Under the pieces are notes generated by a model that made no database searches, was not told the origin of the DNA, and saw only the letters and a list, made by a program, of their open reading frames with translations. A DNA stretch of 64,000 nucleotides. Origin: an uncultured Bacilli bacterium. Its GTDB lineage: Bacteria > Bacillota_I > Bacilli_A > RF39 > UBA660. The position numbers and the translations under genes were made by a program. The stretch is taken from positions 43,955 to 107,954 of the forward strand of contig CALVRN010000002.1 in assembly GCA_944358675.1 (NCBI GenBank), in the 5' to 3' direction. Shown here piece by piece: positions 16,716 to 27,081 of this stretch (positions are counted from its first letter, which is position 1; each line of letters begins with the position of its first letter).

Positions 16716-18044
16716 ATGCATCAACAGTCACTATTTGAAATTCCTAAAAATGAGCCACTCGCATCTAGAATGCGTCCAAGAAACTTAACTGAATTTGCCG
16801 GCCAAACTCATTTAATAGGAGAGGGCAAACTACTTAGAAAAATGATTGAATCAGATAACATATCTTCCATGATTTTCTGGGGTCCACCAGGAGTCGGTAA
16901 AACCACATTAGCCAGAATAATTGCCCATGAAACAAAATCAGAATTTATCACATTCTCAGCTGTAACCTCAGGTATCAAAGAGATAAAAAAAGTTATGGAA
17001 GATGCCGAAAATAATAAGAGACTAGGTATCAAAACCATTGTCTTTGTCGATGAAATTCATAGATTTAACAAAGCTCAGCAAGATGCTTTCTTACCATTCG
17101 TTGAAAAAGGTTCAATCGTTTTAATCGGAGCCACCACCGAAAACCCATCCTTTGAAATCAATAACGCCTTACTTTCAAGATGTAGAGTATTTGTCTTAAA
17201 AGAATTATCTAGTAATGATATTTTAACCTTACTTAAAAAAGCCATTACTGATGAAAGGGGGGTTGGTAAACAAAAAATAAACATTAGAGAAGAAAACCTA
17301 AAAATAATCGCTAACTATGCCAACGGTGATGCTAGAAGTGCTTTAACTACCTTAGATATAATCATCACCAATGCTGAAGAAGATAAAAATGGCACTATTC
17401 AAGTATCTAAAGATATCATCGAAAATTGTATATCTAAAAAAGCCTTGCTATATGATAAAAACGGGGAAGAACACTACAACATCATCTCTGCCTTACATAA
17501 ATCCATGAGAAATTCTGATCCTGATGCCGCTGTTTACTGGCTTGCTAGAATGTTAGAAGCTGGTGAAGACCCAATTTATATTGCAAGAAGAATCACAAGA
17601 TTTGCCTCTGAAGACATTGGCCTTGCCGACACTAATGCACTAAACGTGGCTATTAATGTCTATCAAGCCTGCCATTTCATCGGTATGCCAGAGTGTAATG
17701 TTCATTTAACCGAAGCTGTCATCTATATGTCACTGGCCCCAAAATCAAATGCTTGTGATGTTGCTTATAGACTAGCCTCATCTGATGCTAAAAACACTTT
17801 AGCTGAACCAGTCCCATTAGTAATAAGAAATGCTCCAACCAAACTAATGAAAGACTTAAACTATGGTAAAGGCTATCAATATGCTCATGATACTAAAGAA
17901 AAACTTACAAATATGGAGTGCTTGCCACCATCTCTAAAGGGTAGAGTTTATTATAAACCAAGCATTCAAGGTAATGAAGCTAGATTCAAACAAAGATTAG
18001 AAAAAATCAAAGAGTGGAAGAAAACTCATAAACAAAATAATTAA
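16716..18044 (+). CDS. rarA: replication-associated recombination protein A (AAA+ ATPase)
   Basis: GPPGVGKTT Walker A, VFVDEIHRFNK, and C-terminal MgsA region (HYNIISALHKSMRNSDPDAA). Confidence 0.9.
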   Translation: MHQQSLFEIPKNEPLASRMRPRNLTEFAGQTHLIGEGKLLRKMIESDNISSMIFWGPPGVGKTTLARIIAHETKSEFITFSAVTSGIKEIKKVMEDAENNKRLGIKTIVFVDEIHRFNKAQQDAFLPFVEKGSIVLIGATTENPSFEINNALLSRCRVFVLKELSSNDILTLLKKAITDERGVGKQKINIREENLKIIANYANGDARSALTTLDIIITNAEEDKNGTIQVSKDIIENCISKKALLYDKNGEEHYNIISALHKSMRNSDPDAAVYWLARMLEAGEDPIYIARRITRFASEDIGLADTNALNVAINVYQACHFIGMPECNVHLTEAVIYMSLAPKSNACDVAYRLASSDAKNTLAEPVPLVIRNAPTKLMKDLNYGKGYQYAHDTKEKLTNMECLPPSLKGRVYYKPSIQGNEARFKQRLEKIKEWKKTHKQNN

Positions 18045-18061
18045 TTAGAAAGGAAATCTAT

Positions 18062-18268
18062 ATGAAAGAAATAGAATTAAAAGTAGAAGGAATGACTTGT
18101 GAAGGCTGTGAAAGACGCATCCAAAATGTCTTAATGGATATTGATGGTGTTGAAAACGCTAAAGCAAGTCACACGGACAAAAACATTAAAATCACATTAA
18201 ATAAAGATGTTGACATAAATACTTTAAAAAAAGCAATCGAAGATTTAGACTTTAAAGTAGTAGAGTAG
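18062..18268 (+). CDS. copZ: copper chaperone CopZ
   Basis: 68 aa, heavy-metal-associated fold with GMTCEGC. Confidence 0.85.
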   Translation: MKEIELKVEGMTCEGCERRIQNVLMDIDGVENAKASHTDKNIKITLNKDVDINTLKKAIEDLDFKVVE

Positions 18269-18276
18269 GTGAAATT

Positions 18277-20481
18277 ATGAAAAGAATAATTTTATCTATC
18301 GATGGCATGACTTGCTCAGCTTGTTCAAATGGCCTAGAAAAATATCTAAATAAACAAAACGGTATCTATAATGCCTCAGTTAACTTAGTTATGGCAAGTG
18401 CTACCATTGATTATGATGAAAAAATATTAGATATTCCAAAACTAGAAACATTTGTCAAAAAAGCTGGCTTCAAAAGTCTAGGTGAATTTAAAGAAATAAA
18501 ATTAAAAACTAAAAGTAAAAATGAAAAAACAAAATTAATCATCTTTACCATTCTAGCTATAATTTTAATGTATATCACAATGGGCCACATGTTAAACTTA
18601 CCACCCATTCCTTATTTAGATCCGCATAACCACATATACCCATATATGATTACTTTACTTTTACTAACTATATCCTTCTTAATTTATGGATTTGATATTA
18701 TCAAAAATGGTTATAAAAACCTAATCCACAAAACTCCTAATATGGATACTTTAGTTGGAATTGGTGTTATAACGAGTTTCCTATATAGTCTTTATAATAT
18801 GTACCTAGTCTTTAAAGGTAATCATGATGCCGTAATGAATTTATATTTTGAATCATCGGCTATTGTTATTTACTTTATAAAATTAGGTAGATTCATCGAT
18901 GGTGTAAGTAAAGATAAAACAAAAGAGGCTATTCAAAAACTAGTCACCATAACTCCAACTAAAGCCACCATCAAAAAAGGAAATATTTATAAAGAAGTAA
19001 CTTTAGATGAAATCAAGAAAGATGATATTGTCATTTGTAAAGCCGGCGAAAAAATAGCTGCCGATGGTGAAATAACCTTAGGATCAGCTCATTTTGATGA
19101 TTCATTTATAACCGGTGAAAGTAAACCTGTAAATAAAACTGTCGGTTCTAAAGTTTTAGCCGGTAGTCTAAACTATGATGGATATATTGAATATAAAGCT
19201 GAACAAATAGGCAGAGATTCGGCTGTCTCTGAAATAGTCAGATTAGTTATTGAAGCTTCAAGCACAAAACCTAAAATATCAAAAATTGCTGATAAAGTAT
19301 CAGGTATATTTGTCCCACTCGTTATAATAATTGCTATCACAACTTTAATCTTGTACCTAATTATAACTAAAGATGTATCCAAATCTATCATAACCTTTGT
19401 TACTATTTTAGTAGTCGCTTGTCCATGTAGTTTAGGCTTAGCCACACCACTCGCAATTGTCGTAAGTGAAGGCTTATGTGCTTCCAAAGGAATTTTAATT
19501 AAAAAAAGTGAAATATTAGAAAATGCTTGTAAAGTAAATACAGTAGTATTTGATAAAACCGGTACACTAACATATGGAACACTTAAAATATCACAAATAT
19601 ATAACTATAGTAATTTAACTGATGATGAATTAATTATATTAGCTGCATCTGTCGAACAAAAGTCAAATCATCCGATAAGTAAAGCTTTCATAGATTATAT
19701 AGAAAATAAAAAACTAATCAAAAAAGATGCAGAAAACTTTGAAAACTTACCAGGATATGGTATTAAAGGGAAAATAGAAAATGAAGAAATTATATTAGGT
19801 AACTCTAAATTATTAGAAAAACAAAACATCAAAAATAGTCATATAGAAGATGAAAAATCTTTAAAAAATCAAGGCAATTCTGTAGTATATATCATTAAAA
19901 ATAATAAAATTATAGCCCTTATTGGTGTAAATGACATCATAAGAGAAAACTCTAAAGATGTTATTCAAATCTTAAATAAAAATAATATTGAAACAGTCAT
20001 GCTTACAGGAGATAATAGAGAAACGGCTGAAAAAATAGCTAAAGAGTTAAGCATAACTAAAGTAATTAGTAATGTTATCCCATCCGAAAAAGCTGAAGTT
20101 ATAAAAAAATTAAAAAGTGAAAATAGATATGTCATGATGTGTGGTGATGGTATTAATGACTCTCCAGCCTTATCTTTAAGCGACATCGGTATAAGTATTA
20201 AAAGTGGAACCGATATAGCTATGGATTCATCAGATGTAATATTAACCCAAAATAATTTAAACAGCATTTTAAAATTAATAAACATCAGTAAACAAACATT
20301 AAAAATAATTAAACAAAATTTATTTTGGGCCTTCTTCTACAACACACTTATGATTCCACTTGCGATAGGAATACTAAAACCAATAGGCATTAGTATAACT
20401 CCAATGATTGCCAGCATAGCTATGGTATTTAGTAGTATCACCGTAATTTTAAATACCTTAAGATTAAAAAAATCTAAATAA
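18277..20481 (+). CDS. copA: copper-translocating P1B-type ATPase
   Basis: N-terminal GMTCSAC metal-binding domain, CPC in a TM helix, DKTGTLT, GDGINDSPAL. Confidence 0.9.
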   Translation: MKRIILSIDGMTCSACSNGLEKYLNKQNGIYNASVNLVMASATIDYDEKILDIPKLETFVKKAGFKSLGEFKEIKLKTKSKNEKTKLIIFTILAIILMYITMGHMLNLPPIPYLDPHNHIYPYMITLLLLTISFLIYGFDIIKNGYKNLIHKTPNMDTLVGIGVITSFLYSLYNMYLVFKGNHDAVMNLYFESSAIVIYFIKLGRFIDGVSKDKTKEAIQKLVTITPTKATIKKGNIYKEVTLDEIKKDDIVICKAGEKIAADGEITLGSAHFDDSFITGESKPVNKTVGSKVLAGSLNYDGYIEYKAEQIGRDSAVSEIVRLVIEASSTKPKISKIADKVSGIFVPLVIIIAITTLILYLIITKDVSKSIITFVTILVVACPCSLGLATPLAIVVSEGLCASKGILIKKSEILENACKVNTVVFDKTGTLTYGTLKISQIYNYSNLTDDELIILAASVEQKSNHPISKAFIDYIENKKLIKKDAENFENLPGYGIKGKIENEEIILGNSKLLEKQNIKNSHIEDEKSLKNQGNSVVYIIKNNKIIALIGVNDIIRENSKDVIQILNKNNIETVMLTGDNRETAEKIAKELSITKVISNVIPSEKAEVIKKLKSENRYVMMCGDGINDSPALSLSDIGISIKSGTDIAMDSSDVILTQNNLNSILKLINISKQTLKIIKQNLFWAFFYNTLMIPLAIGILKPIGISITPMIASIAMVFSSITVILNTLRLKKSK

Positions 20482-20613
20482 ATTTATAATTTTCACACAT
20501 ATAACCATATTTTGTTGGACAATATTAAAAAAGATGTTATAATTATGTAGAAAAATAGTAGTGGAAAAAATGATAGAAAGGGATCAATTATATAATTGAG
20601 AGTGTGAGAGAGT

Positions 20614-21645
20614 ATGAAGTTAGTTGCTGCCAAATGTCCAAGTTGTGGTGCAAATTTAGAAGTTAATCCAAATCAAGAAGCATTAAAATGTCAATATTGT
20701 GGTAGTGCCATATTAGTTGATGATGCCATTGCCAAATATAAATTAGAAATATCTGGTGAAGTAGAAATAAAAAACTTACCCAAAATAGAAAATTATTTAA
20801 ACTTAGCTGAAAGAGCTTATAATGTCAATAACTATGATGAGGCTTATAAATATTATGGCAAATTATTGGAACTAGTTCCAGATGATACTTTAGTATTATT
20901 TAGATATGCATTATGCAAGACTATGTTAAATAATTTTATTGATTACCCATTAAATCATTTAACAGATTCTTTTAACGAAGTAGTAGAAATGTTAAAAGAA
21001 AAGAAAACATATGATGAAGATATCGAATCATATGTTAAAGAAATATTATGTGTTATAGATGAATCATTATATGCTACAAGAAAATATTATAATTCTTATA
21101 CAATTAATGGTTCAGACCTTATTGAAATTCAAAAAAAATTAATTTCCATAATTAACTGTTATGAATCAGTACTTACAAATACTGATCAAAATAAACAGCA
21201 TATTATCAAACAGTTGGTGTCAGTTTTACAAGATGTTCTTAAGGATAAAACATATAAAACCGGAACTTCGGTATATGGTGGTAATGTGCTTAAAACATAT
21301 CAAATAAGTTTATCAAGCAAAATAGAGCTGAGTAAAAAATTAGCATATTATACAAGCTTATTACCAAAGACTGAAGTAAAAGTCGAATCTCCTAAAAAAA
21401 AGAAGAGTAATCATTCTGACATAAAAACTGGAATAATTATCTTTGATATATTTTTATGGCTATTAATTTTAGGAGCAATTATGAATCAATGGTTTGTGTC
21501 AGCTTTGATTACTTTACTTATTTTTATTATAATTACTTTCGATAAAATAACTGAAAAGATTTTTAAAAATGATTTAAAAAAGAAAAAGTATTTCCTTATA
21601 ATCATGGTGATATTACTATTTATAACCATAGGTATGAACATTTAA
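20614..21645 (+). CDS. zinc-ribbon / TPR-like protein with C-terminal TM segments
   Basis: CPSCG...CQYCG ribbon at the N-terminus and hydrophobic helices at the C-terminus. Function unknown. Confidence 0.4.
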   Translation: MKLVAAKCPSCGANLEVNPNQEALKCQYCGSAILVDDAIAKYKLEISGEVEIKNLPKIENYLNLAERAYNVNNYDEAYKYYGKLLELVPDDTLVLFRYALCKTMLNNFIDYPLNHLTDSFNEVVEMLKEKKTYDEDIESYVKEILCVIDESLYATRKYYNSYTINGSDLIEIQKKLISIINCYESVLTNTDQNKQHIIKQLVSVLQDVLKDKTYKTGTSVYGGNVLKTYQISLSSKIELSKKLAYYTSLLPKTEVKVESPKKKKSNHSDIKTGIIIFDIFLWLLILGAIMNQWFVSALITLLIFIIITFDKITEKIFKNDLKKKKYFLIIMVILLFITIGMNI

Positions 21646-21672
21646 AAAGATGAAGCCAAAAACTTCATCTTT

Positions 21673-22059
21673 TTAAGGATAATCATAACCTCCACCGTTG
21701 ATATTACACCTTTTAAGCCTATTAATCCCCATTTTAAGTCCTTTTATAAGGCCATATTTTTCCAAGACTTGAAGCATATAATTAGAACAGCTAGGTTCAA
21801 ATCTACATTTACTTCTAATACTTATTGGCGCAACCTTTTGGTATATTTTTATCGTAAAAATTATGATATATTTTAAACAAATTAAATAATATAGGCCATT
21901 TATTAATATCACTATAATAACTTTTTTACTGATAAAGAAAGTTATTAAAGAAATAATTATATCAATTAGGACAAATAATACTAATCTTTTCTTATTTATA
22001 GGAGTTTTATTATAAATTCGTTTATAATCATAACTTCTAGGGTCATCACATGTATTCAT
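21673..22059 (-). CDS. YidD-domain protein (membrane protein insertion efficiency factor family) with N-terminal TM extension
   Basis: C-terminal RFEPSCSNYMLQ...GINRLKRCN matches the YidD pattern. Confidence 0.6.
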   Translation of the reverse strand: MNTCDDPRSYDYKRIYNKTPINKKRLVLFVLIDIIISLITFFISKKVIIVILINGLYYLICLKYIIIFTIKIYQKVAPISIRSKCRFEPSCSNYMLQVLEKYGLIKGLKMGINRLKRCNINGGGYDYP

Positions 22060-22283
22060 TATCTCTCTTCTTTATAGAAAATTAACATATAACTATATCT
22101 CACTACAGGTTGTTGAAAACATCCAGGTTTTTCAGTAATTGCAATAGTTTCCATAGAATGGTACTCCCATCCTTGATTAACTTCTTTGTTAATAATATCT
22201 TCAAATAATTTTAAAGCAGCTTCTGAATTACCTTTACCTACAACAATATTTTTTGGACCTTCAACAATTTTAAATTTTTTCAT
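22059..22283 (-). CDS. small hypothetical protein (possibly DUF4177-like)
   Basis: 74-aa ORF with RBS, overlapping the downstream gene by 1 nt. Confidence 0.35.
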   Translation of the reverse strand: MKKFKIVEGPKNIVVGKGNSEAALKLFEDIINKEVNQGWEYHSMETIAITEKPGCFQQPVVRYSYMLIFYKEER

Positions 22284-22429
22284 TTCTAAAACCTCCTTAC
22301 CACAGATATTATATCATACAAATTTCACAAAAAATAAAAAAAGATAAAATTGTGTCAACATTTGTCGTAAATTAACTCATAAAAGAATAATTATGATATA
22401 ATTTGTTATAGAAAAAAAGATAGAATAAT

Positions 22430-22690
22430 CTATCTTGATTCAACAATTAATTTAATAGCAGTACGTTCCTCACCATCGATAACAATATCGGTAAAAGCAG
22501 GAATGCATATTAAATTTTTGCCACTAGGAGCGACAAAACCTCTCGCAATAGCAATTGCCTTAATAGCTTGATTCAAAGCTCCAGCTCCAATTGCTTGAAT
22601 TTCAACAGTTCCTTTCTCGCGAAAAACATTAGCTAAAGCTCCAGCCACTGAATTAGGATTGCTTTTAGCACGTACTTTAAGTGTTTCCAT
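22430..22690 (-). CDS. spoVS: stage V sporulation protein S
   Basis: METLKVRAKSNPNSVAGALA...IQAIGAGALNQAIKAIAIARGF is near-canonical SpoVS. The start is taken at METLKV rather than the longer track ORF. Confidence 0.9.
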   Translation of the reverse strand: METLKVRAKSNPNSVAGALANVFREKGTVEIQAIGAGALNQAIKAIAIARGFVAPSGKNLICIPAFTDIVIDGEERTAIKLIVESR

Positions 22691-22764
22691 GTTTATTTCC
22701 TCCTTTATCCAAATATATGAAGATAAACATCGAAACATTACAAAAATATAAAGGAGGCTTAAAA

Positions 22765-23445
22765 ATGAAAACAGTTAATATCGAAGATGAAAAAGAAAGA
22801 AGTATCTACTTTCATGATATGGCCGAAGATTCTAGATCATTAGAATTATTACTTCACACATGCTATAATAATGGTATTGTTCCGTATCTAGCAAGCAAAG
22901 GTCATAGTAAAAATAATGTTGCTTATATTATCTTAATTGTTTCTCACACTCATTTAAATACTATTGGTAGATTGATAGATCTAACCTTAGAAATTCCTGA
23001 TTGTGAATTTAACATTAAATCTAATAAAGGCAAATTATATGCTGAACTTTCATGCGATAGAAAAGATGGGGATCAACTTTTTACTAGAATTAAAGAAATA
23101 GTTGAAGAACAAACTATTGAAAATAAAACCCATAATCTAACTTTAATGAATACTATTTATAATATAGCTAAAATAATCAATAGTATAATAGAAGCCGATA
23201 TATTATTTGCTACAAATGAAACATTATATAGTCAAGGTAAATGTGGTGTATCAATTTATAAAGAAAAACAATTTAGTAAATTAAATACTAAAAAATCAGA
23301 TGATATATTAGATGTTATAAAAACATTAAAAGAAAACGCAACTCTTAATTTACCAACTATCTTCTTCTGTTCATTTGAACAGCTTAGAAACTTTTACTTT
23401 GAACTAGATGAAACAGTTTACGGAGAAAATGAAGGTGATAATTAA
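22765..23445 (+). CDS. hypothetical protein translationally coupled to sufU
   Basis: RBS AAGGAGG (22751-22757) precedes the ATG at 22765. Its TAA overlaps the sufU ATG (TAATG). No motif recognised. Confidence 0.5.
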   Translation: MKTVNIEDEKERSIYFHDMAEDSRSLELLLHTCYNNGIVPYLASKGHSKNNVAYIILIVSHTHLNTIGRLIDLTLEIPDCEFNIKSNKGKLYAELSCDRKDGDQLFTRIKEIVEEQTIENKTHNLTLMNTIYNIAKIINSIIEADILFATNETLYSQGKCGVSIYKEKQFSKLNTKKSDDILDVIKTLKENATLNLPTIFFCSFEQLRNFYFELDETVYGENEGDN

Positions 23446-23879
23446 TGGATAGTAATATCAAAAGAGAAATAATTTTAGAAAATTATCAAAATCCTAAAAA
23501 CAAAGGATTATTAAATGATAATTCATATATAAAAGTAAATATGAATAACGAAAGTTGTATAGATGAAGTAAACCTAGAAGTAAAAATAGAAGATGGTATC
23601 ATTAAAGACATTCGCTTTGATGGTGAAGCATGCGCTATATGTACCTCATCCGCATCTATTATGACAACCACATTAATAGGTAAAACAACTAAAGAAGCTG
23701 AAAATATTTTACAAAATTTTTTAAATATGTTAGATGAAAAACCATATGATGAAAACATTTTAGAAGAAGCTATTGTCTATGATGATATATCTAAAAATCC
23801 AAATAGAAAAAAATGTGCTTTATTATCATGGTGGGGCATTGAAAAAATATTAAACAAAATTAAAGAAACTTCGAAATAA
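23445..23879 (+). CDS. sufU: Fe-S cluster assembly scaffold / sulfur acceptor SufU (IscU-like)
   Basis: ILENYQNPKNKG, NESCIDEV and GEACAICTSSAS cysteine ligand pattern. Confidence 0.8.
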   Translation: MDSNIKREIILENYQNPKNKGLLNDNSYIKVNMNNESCIDEVNLEVKIEDGIIKDIRFDGEACAICTSSASIMTTTLIGKTTKEAENILQNFLNMLDEKPYDENILEEAIVYDDISKNPNRKKCALLSWWGIEKILNKIKETSK

Positions 23880-23896
23880 AATACTCGAAGTTTTTT
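23867..23896 (+). terminator. intrinsic terminator after sufU
   Basis: AACTTCGA-10 nt-TCGAAGTT, 8-bp stem, running into TTTTTT. Confidence 0.65.
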
Positions 23897-24060
23897 ATTG
23901 TCTACTTTTAGTTTATCACTACAAAATGGTAAAAATGTATTAGCAAGCTATAAAGGTCATTTTAAATTAGATAATTGTTATTATTTATTTAAAAAATTTA
24001 AAGGTTAAAACTTCTTTTTATTTTTATTAAATCATAGTATAATGTTACTAGGTGATCATC

Positions 24061-25374
24061 GTGAATAAAGAACTAGGTTTAGATGAAAATAAAATAAAAG
24101 AAATTTCAAAATTAAAAAAAGAACCAAAATGGATGACCGATTTTAGACTAAAAGCTTATAAAGCTTTTAGAGAAATACCGAATCCAAGCTTTGGCCCAGA
24201 ATTAAAAATAGATTTTGATAAAATAAATTATTATAAAAAAGTAACTGATAAAGTAGAAGATAACTGGGATAAAGTATCTTGCCCCATTAAAGACACTTTT
24301 GAAGAAGTAGGACTAATAGATGCTGAAAAAAAATACTTAAATGGTGTAGGTGCACAGTTTGAAAGTGAAGTAGTATATCACAGTATGATAAAAGAATTAG
24401 AAGAAAAAGGAGTAATCTTTTGTAGTACTGATGATGCATTAAAAAACTATCCAAATTTATTTAAAAAATACTTTAATACCTTAGTTAAATATGATGAAAA
24501 TAAATACACTGCTTTAAATGGTGCGGTATGGAGTGGGGGAACATTTATATATGTGCCAAAAGGAGTAACTATTGATAGACCATTACAAAGTTATTTTAGA
24601 TTAAACACAAAAAATATGGGACAATTTGAAAGAACATTAATAATAGTTGATGATGATAGTCATATTCATTATATGGAAGGCTGCACAGCTGTATATCATA
24701 CATCAAGCTCCCTTCATGCTGCTGTTGTTGAAATATTTGTTGGAAAAAACGCTAGCTGTAGATATACAACCATTCAAAACTGGGCTAATAACATCTATAA
24801 CTTAGTTACAAAAAGAGCTATTGTGGATGAAAATGGAACAATGGAATGGATTGATGGTAATATTGGCTCAAAAACAAATATGAAATATCCATCGTGTATT
24901 TTAAAAGGCAAAGGAGCTAAAGGAAACTGTATTTCTATAGCTGTTGCATCAAAAAACCAAATTCAAGATGCTGGAGCTAAAATGATCCATCTCGCACCCA
25001 ATACAACAAGTAAAATAATAAGTAAATCCATTGCTGCAAATGGAGGCATCAGTAACTATAGAGGAACAGTAAAAATAAATAAAGATGCAATTAATTCTAA
25101 AAGTATCATAAAATGTGATACAATAATACTAGATAATAAGTCAAAAAGTGACACAATTCCTAAAAACATTGTTGAAAATTCATCATCTTACCTAGAACAC
25201 GAAGCTACAGTTTCTAAACTAGATGAAGAAAAATTATTCTATCTAATGAGCAGGGGACTAGATGAGGAAAGAGCTAAAGAATTATTAATAATTGGTTTTA
25301 TTGATGAATTTCGAGAAAATTTACCAATGGAATATGCTGTTGAACTTAATGCTTTATTAAAAAATTACTTTTAG
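24061..25374 (+). CDS. sufB: Fe-S cluster assembly protein SufB
   Basis: Pattern typical of SufB ([58 protein letters not shown]). The GTG at 24061 follows RBS AGGTGA; the track start is 24052. Confidence 0.85.
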   Translation: MNKELGLDENKIKEISKLKKEPKWMTDFRLKAYKAFREIPNPSFGPELKIDFDKINYYKKVTDKVEDNWDKVSCPIKDTFEEVGLIDAEKKYLNGVGAQFESEVVYHSMIKELEEKGVIFCSTDDALKNYPNLFKKYFNTLVKYDENKYTALNGAVWSGGTFIYVPKGVTIDRPLQSYFRLNTKNMGQFERTLIIVDDDSHIHYMEGCTAVYHTSSSLHAAVVEIFVGKNASCRYTTIQNWANNIYNLVTKRAIVDENGTMEWIDGNIGSKTNMKYPSCILKGKGAKGNCISIAVASKNQIQDAGAKMIHLAPNTTSKIISKSIAANGGISNYRGTVKINKDAINSKSIIKCDTIILDNKSKSDTIPKNIVENSSSYLEHEATVSKLDEEKLFYLMSRGLDEERAKELLIIGFIDEFRENLPMEYAVELNALLKNYF

Positions 25375-25387
25375 GGAGGAATAAATT

Positions 25388-25726
25388 ATGAAAAAGAAAG
25401 TAGTTTTAATCATTTTATTAATTATAGTTGTTATTGCTGCAGTAGGAGCCTTCTTATTCTTTAAAAAAACAGAAAATCAAAACAATGAATTAGAAAATAA
25501 AATGCAAACAGCAAGTAAAGCTTATTTTGAAAAATATGTCAGTGCAAAGGATAGTATCAATGTTTACAAAATAACTTTAAAAGATTTAGAAGAGGCTAAT
25601 CAAAATGGAGAAAACTATGATTTAAAAGGATTAGAAAATTGTGATAAAACAAACACATTTGCTAATGTAACTATCAATTATAAAAATGGAAAAGCAAAAA
25701 ATGCACAAGTAGAATTAAAATGTTAA
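25388..25726 (+). CDS. small membrane-anchored hypothetical protein
   Basis: 112 aa with an N-terminal hydrophobic anchor and two C-terminal Cys. Confidence 0.4.
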   Translation: MKKKVVLIILLIIVVIAAVGAFLFFKKTENQNNELENKMQTASKAYFEKYVSAKDSINVYKITLKDLEEANQNGENYDLKGLENCDKTNTFANVTINYKNGKAKNAQVELKC

Positions 25727-25894
25727 AAAACTTGTGTTTTTTTTATTCCAATAATTTTTTTAAACTAAAATAGAAAAATTAGTTTAAATGAAAAAACAAT
25801 ATTTATACAAATTAGTAAAGAAAAATAACCATTTTCCTCCTTTGCACACTTATAAATAAGCGTGTATAGTACCTGCCAAGAAAGGAGGAAATAG

Positions 25895-26224
25895 ATGTTG
25901 AATCAAATAGTTTTAGTTGGACGTTTAGCTGGAGACCCTGAATTATATGAAACAGAAAGTGGTAAAACAGTAGTAAGATTAGTTTTAGCGGTTCCAAGAG
26001 CTTATAAAAATTCTGAAGGAGAATATGAAACAGATTTTATCTACTGTAAATTATGGCAAGGCGTTGCTAAAAGAACATATGAATATTGCAATAAAGGTGA
26101 TTTAATCGGTATAAAAGGTAGAGTAGAAACATATAACTATGATACAGAAAATGGAAAAAGATACATTACTGAAGTTGTTGCTGATAAAGTTACTTTTCTA
26201 TCAAGTAAAAAACAAGGAAATTAA
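25895..26224 (+). CDS. ssb: single-stranded DNA-binding protein, short form without acidic C-terminal tail (SsbB-like)
   Basis: MLNQIVLVGRLAGDPEL...GK OB-fold signature. 109 aa ending SSKKQGN, not D-D-D-I/L-P-F. Stand-alone with TTGCAC-17-TATAGT promoter (25842-25870). Confidence 0.85.
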   Translation: MLNQIVLVGRLAGDPELYETESGKTVVRLVLAVPRAYKNSEGEYETDFIYCKLWQGVAKRTYEYCNKGDLIGIKGRVETYNYDTENGKRYITEVVADKVTFLSSKKQGN

Positions 26225-26290
26225 AATAAACCCCATTTCTTATATGTAAGAAATGGGGTTTATAGTATTTTACTAAGAATTATAAACTAA

Positions 26291-26494
26291 TCAATCATCT
26301 TTTCGAAATTCCTCATAAAATATGTCATCCGGTTTTAAATTAAATACCTTTGCGATTCTAACAGCCATTTTATATGAAAGCCTACGCTTTCCATTTTCAA
26401 TTTGCCAGTAAAACGGTTTACTAATGTGTAAATGGTCAGCCATATATTCACAAGTAAACTTATTTTGTTTACGTATCTTCTTTAATTCGTTCAT
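26291..26494 (-). CDS. XRE-family HTH regulator (Cro-like, 67 aa)
   Basis: HTH pattern IRKQNKFTCEYMADHLHISKPFYWQIENGKR. Confidence 0.8.
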   Translation of the reverse strand: MNELKKIRKQNKFTCEYMADHLHISKPFYWQIENGKRRLSYKMAVRIAKVFNLKPDDIFYEEFRKDD

Positions 26495-26652
26495 ATTCGA
26501 CCTCCTATTTTAATTAAAATAATTAACATATACATTTACATTATATATTAACTTTAGGTTAATTTCAAGAAAAATATAACACAAAGTTAGAATTAATGTA
26601 ATGTTTGCTAAATGCTGATATAATCTATGTTAACGAAAGGATAACGATAATT

Positions 26653-27021
26653 ATGGTAGCAGGACAAAGATTAAGAGAAGCTAGAAAAAAAGTAAATTTA
26701 ACTCAGGAACAATTAGCAAATATTATTGGCGTTAAAGCCGCTGAAATTTCACAGTACGAATCAAACAAAAGAACACCTCGTTGGCCAACATTCAATAAAT
26801 TATTAGATGCACTTAACATTACAGCTGATGAAGTGTTGGGTAGAGAAATGACAGTTCATGATGATGAAGGGTATGAAGTAAAACTGGCTAAAGAAGACTT
26901 AGAAATACTATCACATATTAAAGCTAACCCAAGTCTTTACAAAACTTTATTAGCCAATCCAGAAAGAAATGTTCAAGTCATCAATAATAATTTAAAAAGA
27001 ATTTTACCAGAAATAAAATAG
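26653..27021 (+). CDS. XRE-family HTH regulator with C-terminal extension
   Basis: GQRLREARKKVNLTQEQLANIIGVKAAEISQYESNKR. Divergent from the 26291-26494 gene. Confidence 0.75.
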   Translation: MVAGQRLREARKKVNLTQEQLANIIGVKAAEISQYESNKRTPRWPTFNKLLDALNITADEVLGREMTVHDDEGYEVKLAKEDLEILSHIKANPSLYKTLLANPERNVQVINNNLKRILPEIK

Positions 27022-27081
27022 TTGTAAAAAACTATTTTTCTTTTTTTCAAAATCTAGTACAATATAATTAGGAGGATAAAT

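Noticed and set aside
18045-18061. Search for a CsoR operator or promoter directly upstream of copZ.
   Set aside because: Only 17 nt (RBS only) separate the rarA stop from the copZ start. No G/C-rich palindrome lies there or in the last 160 nt of rarA.
25812-25997. 61-aa minus-strand ORF across the ssb promoter and start. It includes a strong AAGGAGG on the minus strand followed by a 6-codon ORF.
   Set aside because: It overlaps the well-supported ssb start and promoter. The SD-like string is the complement of a T/C-rich stretch upstream of the ssb -35 element, and the peptide has no features.
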